From the NCBI RefSeq assembly GCF_009914755.1, contig NC_060926.1: a stretch of 64,000 bases of DNA; one strand, given 5' to 3'. Source of the stretch: the human T2T-CHM13v2.0 reference genome, Homo sapiens. The position numbers were made by a program, and so were the translations under genes. Positions 15,211 through 32,550 of the stretch are shown piece by piece (position 1 is the stretch's first letter; every line of letters starts with the position of its first letter). The notes below the pieces were generated by a model, which saw nothing but the letters and a program-made list of their open reading frames with translations, ran no database searches and had not been told where the DNA came from.

Positions 15211-15672
15211 CAATCCAAGTAGTGCTACAATAATAAGCGAGATCCTCCCTAGTTGCATGACATTCCCCACACCACCACAAATGAAAATCTTCATGTGTAT
15301 AAAACTAGTACCTAATCAGGAGACAGGTTATGAACACTCAGCACCCAAAGTGATGGACACAATAAATACTGTACACATTCTAACCACCAATTGTATTTAC
15401 TGTTTTCATTTGAATATGTGAGAATACTCTGCAAGTCCTGGAACAAATTATAAAACATTTAACTTTAAAACAGTTTAAAACTGTCTAACATCTTATCCAA
15501 CCCCATTCCCACCCCATGCCCAACTCTTCCCATCTGGGGCTGGACAAATCAATGAAATTATGACTGACCCAAGTCATGAGCCCAGAAAAAGGACAACTCT
15601 AACTACTTAGGTACATGCTGAAGAGGAATTTAACATATTTTGATAAAAGGTTCTGCTCAAAAGGTGTCTTTG

Positions 15673-15996
15673 ACCTTGAAGACACTATGCTAAATGAAAT
15701 AGGCCACACACAAAAGGACAAATATTCTATGATTCTACTCATATGAGGTGCTTAGTCAAATTCATAGGGACAGAAAGTAGAATGGTGGATGCCAGGGGAT
15801 TGGGGAGAGAAATGGGGAGTTAGTGTTTAATGGGCACAGAGCTTCAGCTGGGGAAGATGAAGCAGTTCTGGAGATGGATAGTGGCAATGGCTACACAACA
15901 ATGTGAACAGACTTAGTGCCACTGAAGTGTACACTTACAAATGGTTAAAGAGGTAAATTTTATGTTATGTATATCTTACCACAATTTTAAAAAAAG
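15673..15996 (+). mobile_element. L1MB-like 3' end
   Basis: gacagaaagtagaatggtgg...gttctggagatggatagtgg...ccacaattttaaaaaaa. Confidence 0.85.
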
Positions 15997-16532
15997 TTGC
16001 CCTTGAGGGCTAACAAAACGGAAGGGGCAGACACGTCTTGTAATTAAACTGAGATTTGACTTTAGAGTCTTCCATTGGACTTCCAGTGTCAGCTTTCTCA
16101 TGTAAAAAGTTTAGAAGTCATCAGACCTATCTTTACAACAAGAGAAAAGCTTAGCAAACTGAAAAATCAATAAACTCTCCTTTCTTAGATCAAAGAATTG
16201 AGATCACAGGTCAAACCATCCCTGCAAAATCACAAGAGACAAACTAACACAAAGGATCAGGAGTTGAGGTCAGCTTACCAGCAACTGCTGCAGCAACTGG
16301 TAGGAACACTTAAATGGCAATTTCAATGAATTGTCAGAAGCTGAGAGTGAACTAGTTTAAGCACTAAAAACCCTAGAGGCTCAGTCTAAGAAAACACCCC
16401 ACTTTCCTGAATATTATCTCAAAGAACTCCACAAAATTCTCAAAGTAATTACGGAAGAAAGTTTCCCTCATGACTGACAAGGGGAGGGGAAGTAACACTT
16501 TTTAAGTTCACCCTGGGAAAGTAACCACTATC

Positions 16533-16544
16533 TACACACACACC

Positions 16545-16575
<31 letters not shown>

Positions 16576-16576
16576 C

Positions 16577-16650
<74 letters not shown>

Positions 16651-16652
16651 AG
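16533..16652. repeat. Compound microsatellite [TA(CA)nCCAG]x3, n=4,13,34
   Basis: Direct count. Confidence 0.95.
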
Positions 16653-17574
16653 TCCCCACAACAAAAGCCTGCCCTCCTGAGAAAACTACTTTACCAGAGC
16701 TTTATCTGACCCTAGGGAGGAGCAATTAAATTAGCCAACTCCAGCCCCATCTAGGCTTCCTGTCTAGTTTAAGGTTTTGTTTGTTTAAAAAAAAAAAAAA
16801 GAGGGTCATAGACCAGGACTCAGGCCCACTAAAAAACTAAGGAGCCAGGTGCAGTGGTGTCTGCCTGTAATCTCAGCTATTCAGGAGACTGAGCTCAGGA
16901 GTTCCAGACCAGCCTGAGCAACATAAGGAGACTGTGTCTCAAAAAAGAATAAAAATAAAACTAAGATTTAACCATAAGGTGGCATACGATGCTTCTGCTC
17001 TCCTACACTTTACCACCTCATCAACAATGCTCCAATATAATGACAGTGGATTACAAATAAAAAAGCTGCAAGACACAGATTTTGAGTTCAATAAAAGTTC
17101 TTGGGAAACCCCAAAGACAGTGAGAGAATAAGGAGAAACTGAAGCCTCTAGGACCTGCAGCTAAAAAACACGTTAAACATAGCCCATCTCCCAACTAGAT
17201 TAACATATAACCTCATAATAGAAGCCTAAATCTTCAGTCTTTATTACCTGATACTTCATGTCTGGCTTTCAGCAAAAAATTACAAGCCATGCCAAAAGGC
17301 AAGAAAAAAATAGACTGAAAAGACAAGGCAAACAACAGAACCAGACTCAGATATGATATATTTCAGAATTAGAAAATAGGAAATTGATCCAGGAAGAGGA
17401 CAGAACACCAAGCAGGATAAATACCAAAAAAATCCACACTAGGTATATATTATAGCCTAGCTGCAAAGTAACACAAAAAGAAAATCTTGAAAGAAGCCAG
17501 GAACAAAACAATTTTACCTACAGAGGAACAAAGATAAGAATTACACTGGACTTCCCATTACAAATCATGCAAGC

Positions 17575-17972
<398 letters not shown>

Positions 17973-18523
17973 TTATCCTACAAAAGAAGTAAAGACTTTC
18001 TTAGCCAAAAACCAAGGAATGTTGTCGCCAATACGTCAGCAAAAAGGAAAATGATATAGGTCAGAAACTCAAATCTACATAAAGAGAAAGAGTATCAGAG
18101 AAGGATAATAAGGTAAAATAAAATCTTTTAGGTGGTTATAGTATATAGATAAGGGAAACAAATGACAGCAATGTATAAAAGAGAGGAGGAATTAGGAATA
18201 CGCTAAGGTAACTGCACTATCCATGAAGCAGTATAATATCTGAAAGTGGACTTAGCTTAGTTGTAAATGTACATTGCAAACTCCAGGCAGCCACCAAAAA
18301 ACACGTTTAACAGATATATTAAGAGAGTACAGAAAACGCAATCAAGTAAAATGTTCAATTAAAATTGGAGAAGGCAGAAAAAGAGGGGAATATAAAAAAA
18401 AAAAAGTACAAAAAAAAAAAAAAACACCAGAAAACAATTATAAGCATGGCAGCTACAAATCCAATTATATCAACAATCACTTTAGATGTGAATGACCTAA
18501 ATACACCAATTAAAAGAAACTGT

Positions 18524-18810
18524 CGGCCGGGCACAGTGCACATCTGTAATCCCAGCACTTTGGGAGGCAGAGGTGGGTGGATCACCTGAGGTCAGGAGTT
18601 CGAGATCAGTATGGCCAACATGGGGAAACCCCGTCTCTATTCAAAATACAAAACTTAGCGGGGCGTGGTGGCGGGTGCCTGTAATCCCAGCTACTGAGGA
18701 GGCTAAGGCAGAAGAACCATTTGAATCAGAGAGGCGGAGGTTGCAGTGAGCCGAGATTGTGCCACCGCACTCCAGCCTGGGTGAGAGAGTAAGATTCTGT
18801 CTCAAAAAAA
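18524..18810 (+). mobile_element. AluS
   Basis: TSD aaaagaaa(c/t)tgtc. Confidence 0.9.
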
Positions 18811-19990
18811 GAAATTGTCACAGTGGGTTTTTAAAAAATAGAGCCAACTATATGCTATCTATTTTAAAAACTCCACTTTACAAAGACAGACACAGGTTAG
18901 AAGTAAAGGTATGGGAAAAACATACCATGCCAACACTAATCAAAAGAAAGCTAGAGTAGCTATGTTAATTACAGACAAAGCAGTTTTCAAAATAAGGAAA
19001 CATAAAAACCACTTCAGAACAAAGATTAAGAGTTGCATTACACCAAAATATGTGAAGCAAAAATTGAACTCCAAAGAGTAACAGACAAATCCACTATTAT
19101 ACTGGGAGACCTCACACCTCTTTATAGGTAGCTGACACACCCAGCAAGTAGAAATCCAATAACATAGTCGAGCTGAACAGCATCAACAATCAAATGGATC
19201 TGACATTATAGTATATTTCATCCAACAACAGCACAATACATACTCTTCTCAAACTCACAAAGAACATTCACCAAGGTAGACCATATCCTGAGCCTTAAAA
19301 TACACCTTTAAAAATTTTAAGGGATAGATAATACAAAGTATGCTCTCATACCACAACAGAATTAAACTATTACTAGAAATCAGTAACAGAAACACAGCTG
19401 GAAAACTCCCCAAATAGTTGGAGTTTAAAACAACTCACCTCAAAATGACACAGGAGTCAAGGAAATCTCAATAGAAATTTTAAAATATATTGAACTAAAG
19501 GAAAATGAAAATACTACCTATTAAAATATATGAAATGCAGCAAAAACCATGATTAGAGAATTTATAGCATTAGATGCATACAGTAGGAAAGAAAATAAGA
19601 TCTAAAACCAATACTCTAAGCTGCCATCTCAGGTAACTGGAAAAGAAGAGCAATATAAACCTAAAGTAAGATGAATAAAATCAGAGCAAGAACTGATGAA
19701 ATTGAAACAAGAAAACAGAAAATCACAACAGAAAAAACAAATCAGTGAAACAAAAAACTGATCCTTCAAAAAGATCAATATAATTAACTGAAGAGAGAGG
19801 GGAGAAAAAAGATAAGACAAACTAGTATCAGAAATCAAAGAAGAATCTTCATTACTAATTCCTTGAACATTAAAAAAATAAAAGAATACTAAGAACTCTA
19901 TGCCCACAAAGTTAGTAACTTAGTTGAAATGGAGCAATTCTTGGAAAGAAACAAACTACCAAACTCACACAAGGAGAACTAGATCATCTA

Positions 19991-20345
<355 letters not shown>

Positions 20346-20725
20346 TCAATAAATAACCTTCCAAAAGAAGGATTTACAAAGCCCAACTGACTTCACTGGA
20401 AAACTCTACCAAGCATTTAAGGAAGAAATGGTAGCAGTTCTCTACAAATTCTTTTAGAAAATAAGCAGAGGGAATACTTCCTAATTAATTCAAAGTATTA
20501 CCCTAATACCAAAACCAGACAAAGATACTACAAATAAAGGAAAACTGCAGACCAGTATATATCATGAATATAAATGCAAAAATCCTTGACAAAATATTAG
20601 CAAATCAAATCTAACAATGTACAAAAAGAATTACACACCATGATCAAGTGGGATTTACTCCAGGAATGCAAGGCTGGCTCAACAACTTAAAGTCAATAAA
20701 TGTAATCCATCATAACAATAGTCTA

Positions 20726-21056
<331 letters not shown>

Positions 21057-21912
21057 TCAATAAATACAGGAAAACTATTTGACAAAATCCAACATTCATT
21101 CAGGATTTAAAAAAAAAAAAAAAACTCCCAGCACACTAGGAATAAAGAAAAACTTCAATTAAAAAAAAATCTACAAAAAATCCTACAGCTAACATAGTAG
21201 TGAGAAACTAGGTGCTTTCTAGAAACTAGGTTAGAAAACAGACAAGGATATTCATTATTTATCACTTGTACTCAATACTACCAGAGGTTCTAGCTGGGAC
21301 CATCAGCCAAGACACAGAAATAAAAGGTTCCCAGGTAAGAAAGAAAGAAGTAAAACAATCATCATTTGCAGATGACATGATGTTGTATATAGAAAACTCG
21401 AAGGAATCCACTAAAAAAATTATTGGAACTAATGAACAAATTCAATTTGTTTCAAGGATACAAGATCAATATGCAAGTCAAGTATATGAACTATACACTT
21501 GCATGAACAATTCAAAAATGAAATTAAGAAAGCAATTCCATTCATAGTAACATCAACAAAAGGAATAAATTGAAGAAAAGTGCAAAACTTATACTCAAAA
21601 ACTATAAAAAAATGTTTGGATCTAAATAAATGGAAAAATATCCCATATTCATGGACTGTTAGACTTAATATTGTTAACACAGTAGTATTTCCCAAATTGA
21701 TCTTTCAGATTCAACCAATCACTGATAGAATCCCAGCTAACTTCTTGTAGAAACTGAGAAGCTAATTCTAAAATTCATATGGGATTGCAAGGAACCCAAA
21801 ATAGCCAAACAATCTTGAAAAAGAACAAAATGGGACTCACTTCCTCATTTCAAAATTTACTACAAAGCAACAGTAGTGAAGACAGCGTGATACTGGTATA
21901 AGAACAAGACAT

Positions 21913-22594
<682 letters not shown>

Positions 22595-23100
22595 TCAATA
22601 AGGTATCAAGAGCATTCAATAGTGGAAGTGTTGAAAAGTCTTTCCAAAAATGGTGCTGGGACAAATAGATACATAACCAAAAAATGAAGGAAGAACCCTC
22701 TTTCACATCATTATTATGACATATACATATATAAATATATTTTATGTAATTAACATTATATATTAATATGATTATAGCATTATTCCTAATAGTCATAAAA
22801 TTGCAAACAAACCAACTGTCCATTAACTGATGAATGGATAAAGTGTGGTATATCCACACAAGAGAATATTATTCAGTCATAAAAAGCACTGATACATGCT
22901 ATAATATGGATGAACCCTGAAAACATTATGCTAAGTGAAGCCAGTCACAAAAGACCACATTTTTTAAGACTCAACTTACATGAATGTCCACAGAGACAGA
23001 AAATAGATTAGCGGTTCCTTCAGGTTGAGGGTTTGGAGAAAGGATCTGGGGGTAACAGCCAAAGGGCTGCCACAGGGATTCATTTTGAGATGATGGAAAC

Positions 23101-23411
<311 letters not shown>

Positions 23412-23794
23412 TAATTGGGGTAATAGTTGCACAACTCTGTGAATATACTAAAAACCACTGAACTGCACACTTTAAGTGAATGACTTATATGGTAAGTAAA
23501 TTATATCTCAGTAACACTGTTAAAGGAAAAACAAAAAATCAAATACCTTTAGTGTACAAGTTCAACAAAGACTCCTAGTCACACAAAACCCACTTGTATA
23601 ACACTACCAGAGTCCAGGGGAGAATGAATGGCCCACTCAAGTTTCTGTTGACTGTCCATATACTAGTACAATGTGACATAAATCTTATGCCTTGAACTTG
23701 CTTCTTGATGAAAGAATTATGGTATACATTCTCCAATCTATACAAAATGTATCCTATTAAAGGAAAGAAATTTGTGAGAACAAAGAAATTCTGA

Positions 23795-24182
23795 AGCCAG
23801 GCTCAATGGCACATGTCTTGTAAGTCCCAGCTACTTGGGAGGCTGAGGCAGGAGGATTGCTTGAGACCAGGAGTTCAAGGACAGCCTGGGCAACAGAGTG
23901 AGACTTGGTCTGAAAAGAAAAAGAAAAAGAGAAAGAAAAGAAATTCTGAACTAAAATTTATAAGCTGGGCCACGCACAGTGGCTTACACCTACAATCCCA
24001 GCACTTTGGGAAGCCAAAACAGGAGGACTGCTTGAGCCCAGGAGTTCGAGACCAAGCTGGGCTAAAAAGTGAGGCCCTTCAGGGTCGATCACCTGAGCCC
24101 AGGAGTTTGAGGCTTCAGTGAGCTGTGATTGTGCCTCTTCACTCCAGCCTGGGCAACAGAGCGAGACGATATCTCTAAAAAA
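23795..24182 (+). mobile_element. FLAM_A-like monomer followed by an internally deleted AluJ
   Basis: TSD aaagaaattctgaa around the monomer; second Alu from ~23963. Confidence 0.8.
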
Positions 24183-24897
24183 GTTAAAATAATTTTTTAA
24201 AAAATGTACAAGCTAAATAGCAAAATTGTCCTGGCAGAGTGAGGGAAGGAGGTAGGGAGTTAATTACCTTAAAAAAAAAGTCTCCTCCAAAAACAGTTAG
24301 TATTAACACAAAAGGAACTTATATTATACAAGATGGCTTAACTCCCTAAATGTTCTAAAACTGGTGGTTGAGTAGTCAGTGTTTATGAGTAACAGTTTGT
24401 TGCTTGAGGTATTTTTCAATAAATAGCCTAAATAAAACCAGTTACTTTAGAAACAGTTAATGTAACCTACTGGAACAAAGAGTTTGGAATGAAAAAAGAT
24501 CTGTAATTTATGTTCTCTCAAATCCAAAATGGAAATATGTGATGATAGGGGTGCCATAATATTTATGATACTGCAAAAGAGGCAATACATACATTTGGGA
24601 CTTAAAGCTGGAAAAGCTGCAAAGGACAGAGTATTTTCAGGCAACAGGTTCAGGAACGTAACCAAGAAAGTCTCTCCTAAAATGCTGCAATAAGGACTTC
24701 AAACAATATTGTAAACACTTCCATCTCGTTTATTTCTGATTCCTCTAGCTTTGGTAACATTTGATGAAGTTTTTCTGACTCAAATCTAATCCAATTTAAA
24801 ACCTGCATAGGGAAGAATTAAAACTTAGTTTTGATTCCAAAATCAAAGTCTCAGCAGCAGGGACCCCAATATGCTAAGGGGAAGATAGTCCACATAA

Positions 24898-25218
<321 letters not shown>

Positions 25219-25308
25219 CAATCCCCTTATCTTATATTCAGGTAATAATAATAAGCAGCAGCAGCCCACAATTTTTATTTCCTTATTGACTCTTAAAAAT
25301 CTGGTCAA

Positions 25309-25662
<354 letters not shown>

Positions 25663-25699
25663 TCAAATTATCAGCATTTTGTTACATAAGTTCTATAGT

Positions 25700-25855
25700 T
25701 TCAATAATAATATTCAACATTATAGTTATAACTTATATTCAATATTTATATATTATATAATATATATTATATAATATATAATATATATTATTTATAATAA
25801 ATATATTTATATATTATAATATATAACATTTATATAATAAATATAATTAAATAAG
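25700..25855. repeat. AT-rich low-complexity (TATAA/TA) tract
   Basis: Almost entirely A/T. Confidence 0.85.
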
Positions 25856-25949
25856 CTAAACTTCTACATTAAATCTGGCAAATAGTTTATGAGCAAATGA
25901 ACTTGTATACAGACGTATACAGATAATTTTAAATCAACAAAATACACAT

Positions 25950-26644
25950 CAGAATAGCTAACATTAAAAAGATTGACAATACAGTTCACAAGATATACAG
26001 CAACTGTAAGTCTCTCACACTGCTGATGGAAGTGTAAAATTAATGAAACCACTTCGGAAAAAAATTTTGGCAATCCCTACTAAAAGTAAACGGGTATTTC
26101 CCCCTGTGACCCAGCAATTCTACTCCTGGGTATAAACCCAACAGAATTCAGTGCTTACATCACAAAGACTTTACAAAAATGTTCATTAGCAGTTTTATTC
26201 ATAACAGAAAAAAACTAGAAACCCATATGTCTATCAGTAGAAAGGGTAAATTATGACATATTCATCCAATGAAATATCACTCAGCAATAAAAATAACATA
26301 CAACATATTTCTGACACATGTAACAATGTGCATACACCAGCCTTAATGCTTAGTGAAAGAAACAAGACACAGGAGTACATACTCTATGATTACATTTATG
26401 TGAAGTTCTATAGTAGGCAAAACTAATCTACATTAATACAAGTCAGAACAAAGGTGGCCCTTGAGAGCCGGAGATAGCAGTAACTGGGAAGGGGAATTAG
26501 AGAGCCTCCTAGAATGCAGGAAATGCTGTCTTGTTCTGAGAGACAGTGGTTACTATAACATATATATATATAAAAATGCACTGGCTATATTAAGGTTTAT
26601 ACACTTTATGTATGTAAGTTACACCCAATAAAAAATAAATAATA
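25950..26644 (+). mobile_element. L1ME-like 3' end
   Basis: gacccagcaattctactcctgggtata...ggcaaaactaatcta...caataaaaa. Confidence 0.75.
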
Positions 26645-26940
26645 GGCCGGGCGCGGTGGCTCACGCCTGTAATCCCAGCACTTTGGGAGGCTGACACAGG
26701 CAGACAATGAGGTCAGGAGATCAAGACTATCTGGCTAACACAGTGAAACCCCGTCTCTACTAAAAATACAAAAAACTAGCAGGGCATGGTGGCGGGAGGT
26801 ACTTGGCAGTCTGAAACAGGAGAATGGTGTGAACGTGGGAGGCGGAGCTTGCAGTGAGCCACTGCACTCCAGCCTGGGCGCCACAGCGAGACTCTGTCTC
26901 TAAATACATAAATACATAAATAAACAAATAAAAATAAAAA
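26645..26940 (+). mobile_element. AluY-like with internal deletions
   Basis: ggctaacacagtgaaacc, gaatggtgtgaac and ggagcttgcagtgagcc diagnostics. Confidence 0.85.
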
Positions 26941-27729
26941 GACCCAAGGAAGCAGCATTTAAAAATATTGTTCCTCCTCCAAATACATTTCAGTCTTGAG
27001 AAAGAACATAAGACAGTTTTTCTTCATGTATTTGCACATTTCCCATGAAATCTCAGACACTGTTATCCTTAAAGAGGAAGGTAAAATCAAGTTCAACATC
27101 CCATAGGGCTCATTCTGAGATATTTGTGCTTGTGGCAAGTTATATGTAGCAGTGCGTATGATTCTTAAAGATAGTTTTTTACTCCTGGTCTCTGGCAACA
27201 GTTTGGGGAGCAGCTCTTTAAATAGCAAAGAATAAAAACATAAAGGACAGTTTTTTTAAAATGCCATTAGCAAATATGCTGTAGAAGGAGTCAAAACTCT
27301 TGAGTAGCAAATACAGCAAGGATCCTTTATTTATAGAGCTTAGATACCAGTGCATAGCAAGAAAAGTTACATTTGTACTCACACATATCCTCCCATCAGT
27401 CTAGTTCAACTCTGAAGTAAACCAAAGTAAATATTTATAAAAGAATAATTTAGTGTAGGTATATCCTATAAAGTAACCTGTACTTTACTTATTGTAGATA
27501 TATGGGAAAATGACCAAACATAATTTTACATAATAGTTTTTAGAATAAAGGCTCTGGCATCAAATTGCCTAGTCTCGAATTTAAGTCTTGCCACTTACTT
27601 TGAGTCTCGTTTCTTCAACTACCAAGTTGAAATATAATTATCACTGCACAGGGTTATTTCTGAATACTAAGTAAGATAATGCCTGCTAAATGCTTAGTAA
27701 TCAAAATACCAAGAATTCAGTAAAGATTC

Positions 27730-28710
<981 letters not shown>

Positions 28711-29004
28711 AAAGAAAAAACAGGAAATGGTATAAAAGTAGAAGCAACTCCATAGAGAATTAAGAATCCTTATCTAGGAGAATTTACTAATAATAGCTAT
28801 CACCATTACTTAGCATCAATATCGTAAGCACTGTGTTTAGTTTCATGTATATTATATAATTCTACTAAATTAAGTTTTGACCATTGTAAACTGATTCCTA
28901 GATTTCAAACTACAACAGCGAGACGTGACAATCTAATCAGCATTTTTCTAACAGTTCCTACAGACACTGGAATAATCTATTTCACTTTGAAAAGGTTTAA
29001 AATC

Positions 29005-29355
29005 ATGCAGCCATAAAAAAGGATGAAATTATGTTCTTTGCAGCAACATGGATGCTGCTGGAGGCCATTAGCCTAAGCAAATTAATGCAGGAACAGAAAA
29101 CCAAAAACCACGATTTTACTTAAAAGTAGAAGTTAAACAAGGGTACTCACGTACACAAAGATGGCAACAACAGACAACGGGGAGTACTAGAGGGGAGAGG
29201 GAGGAAGAGGGCAAGGGTTGAAAAACTAACTATTGGTTACTACGCTCAATACCTGGGTGACAAGATCAATTGTACCCCAAACATCAGCATTAGGAAACAC
29301 ACCCTAGTAACAAACCTGCACATATAGCCCCTGATTCTAAAATAAAAGTTAAAAT
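29005..29355 (+). mobile_element. L1PA15/16-like 3' end
   Basis: ggcaagggttgaaaaactaactattgg...acaaacctgcacat...ctaaaataaaagtt. Confidence 0.85.
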
Positions 29356-29369
29356 TATTTTTTTAAAGT

Positions 29370-30430
29370 AAACACTTTGGATTGTAACTCAAGTATAAAT
29401 GAGCCCACACTGATATAAAGGATGGAATGAATAAATAAATAAATAAATAGGGAGAAGATACACCTCTTCCCAACAGAAGAATCCTAAATAATATATTTAG
29501 ATGTCTTCCTCCTATCAGAAGGTAGAGCTTAATCCTCCTCTTTCCCTGTTCTTTGAGGTTGGGGTGGAATTAATGACTAAAAAATATCAAGTCTGCAGTG
29601 GTGAAACCTGGCAAACACTAGCTTAACCAACAGGTGAAGAGTACCATTCCTAGCAGTACCACGTGACTATACATACCCCCAGATACAATGTGATGAGAAG
29701 GGTACTTGACCTCAGGAGTATTCTTTCCAAAATCCCATCACCCCAGTCTAACCATGACAGAAATGTAAGACAAACTTAAATTGAGGAACGTTCTTCAAAA
29801 TAGCTTACCAGTATGCCTCAAAATAGTCAAGATCACCAGGCTCACACCTTTAATACCAGCACTTTGGGAGGCTGAGGCGGGCAGAATCACCTGAGGTCAG
29901 GAGTTTGAGACCAGCCTAGCCAACATGGTGAAACCCCATCTCTATTGAAAATACAAAAATTAGCTGTGTGTGGTGGCAGGCACCTGTAATCCCAGCTACT
30001 CAGGAGGCTGAGGCGAGATAATCGCTTGAACTCAGGAGGCGGAGGTTGCAGTGAGCCGAGACTGCGCTACTGCACTCCAGCCTGGGCAACGAGGGAAACT
30101 ACGTCTCAAAAAAAAGTCAAGATCATGAAAAAAGGGAAAGGCTGAGAAACTCACAGACCAGAAGAAACTAAGGAGACATGACAGCTAAATCTAGGAATCG
30201 TATTCTGTATTAGAGATCCTGGAATAGAAAGAAGAGCACCAATGGAAAAACTGCAGAAGCCGGAACGAAGTCAAGGACTTAGTTAATAGTAATGTACCAA
30301 TCAATATTGGTTTCTTAGTTTTGCAAATGAATCACACTAATGATAACATTAGAAGAAACTAGGTAAAGGATTCAGGTATACAGGCTCTCTTTGTTATATT
30401 CCAATATAAAAAATGTGTTTGAAAACTTAA
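29370..30430 (+). mobile_element. L1MC/MD-like 3' fragment interrupted by an AluS at 29835-30115
   Basis: gaaacctggcaaacacta...ttagttaatagtaatgtacc; Alu TSD agtcaagatca. Confidence 0.7.
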
Positions 30431-30570
30431 AAAAATATGACCTCTAATATTGTGTTAAAAATGAAAAAAACACTTCTAAAAAATCAGCTGACAAAAAATT
30501 GTAGTATCAAAGCAAAAACCCATCAACAGTTAAATGGATAAGCAAAATGTGGCATAATCATACAGCAGAA

Positions 30571-30914
<344 letters not shown>

Positions 30915-31064
30915 TAACGCAAAAACATGAGTACATCTCAAAGTTATAATGTTAACAAAATAAGCCAAACACATAATACCTATGGTATGATTTCATTCAC
31001 GTAAAGTTCAAAAACAGTGAAATGAACCTGTGGTGAAAAGTTCAGAACAGCAGTTAGTTTTGGT

Positions 31065-31081
31065 GGGGGGGGGGGGGGGGG
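31065..31081 (+). repeat. G17 homopolymer
   Basis: Direct count. Confidence 0.95.
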
Positions 31082-32223
31082 TAGACATTAACTGAGAAGG
31101 AACACAAAGTGGGGGTTGTTCTGTATTTTCATCTGGATGGTGGTAGTAAGGGTGTATACCTATGTAAAATTTCATCAAGCTGTACACTTAAGATTTGTGC
31201 ACCTTTTCTGCATGTAAATTATACTTCAAAGGAAAAAAATTTTTAAGGAAAAGATACATTTATCTAAAGCACACCCCTAAATAAGCAAATAAGAATTAGA
31301 AGTGGGGGGGGCAGGGCATAGAATACTTGAGTGTAACATTTATTTAGGAGGGGAAAGCCAACATCCCCCACACCATAACCATACCCACCAATTCTGTCTT
31401 TGATTACAGATTTTAATCTCCTCTTATAAAACTACTCACTACTTTCATCAACTGCATACTTACATACATTGACTCAAGTCAACACTGAAAACTTAAACTG
31501 TCAGTATGTCACTACTCTACTTCTTTCAGCTAGCATCCCACCTGTGCAGGCATACAGGTTAATAAAATAAATCCAACTACCCCATTATTTCTCCTTCTTT
31601 ACTTTCATCTCATAGGAAAAGCATGACCCACCACATGATCAGTTTAAGTGGAGGCACATTATCCAAAAATCAGATACCATTTAAATGCAATTTTTGATTG
31701 ACAGAATAAGGTGATTTATATCAGGAATTCTATAGGGCAATACTATAAATGAAAGCCAATAAAGACATTTCAGCTTAGAAGCCACTAACTAGATGTATAA
31801 CCTCACTCAAGCCATCATAACCTTTGCATGGCTTCTGCAACTCCCCCAGGAAAAGAGAGTTCCGTTTGTGCAGAGATTGCAAATACACGGCAATGGGGGG
31901 CTGCTACTCCACTCTGAACAGCCACTACTAACTGATCAGAGATGGAAACAGAAATGGCACCTGAGGTGAAACTTATCTGTCATTCCTAGATAAGTGATCT
32001 AAGCTTCCCTCCCCTTCTAACTTTCTACTGTCTGTGACCTACTTGGAACAAAATACATTTGCACTAAACAGCTTAGACACAGATAGATACAATATACACA
32101 AGCTAACTTAAGGACTTAAGAGGACCTCAAAATATAGAAATCCTTTATCATCTTTAAATGTACAGTTTTTTTAAAAAATATGCCACTACTTAAACATTTC
32201 TCTATTTCAGATGTAAAATTCTA

Positions 32224-32550
<327 letters not shown>

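Noticed and set aside
16449-16664. Poly-(Cys-Val) ORF (also 55945..56151)
   Set aside because: Translation of (TG)n microsatellites.
25700-25855. AT-rich tract as a functional origin or matrix-attachment region
   Set aside because: Indistinguishable from ordinary low-complexity TA expansion on sequence alone.
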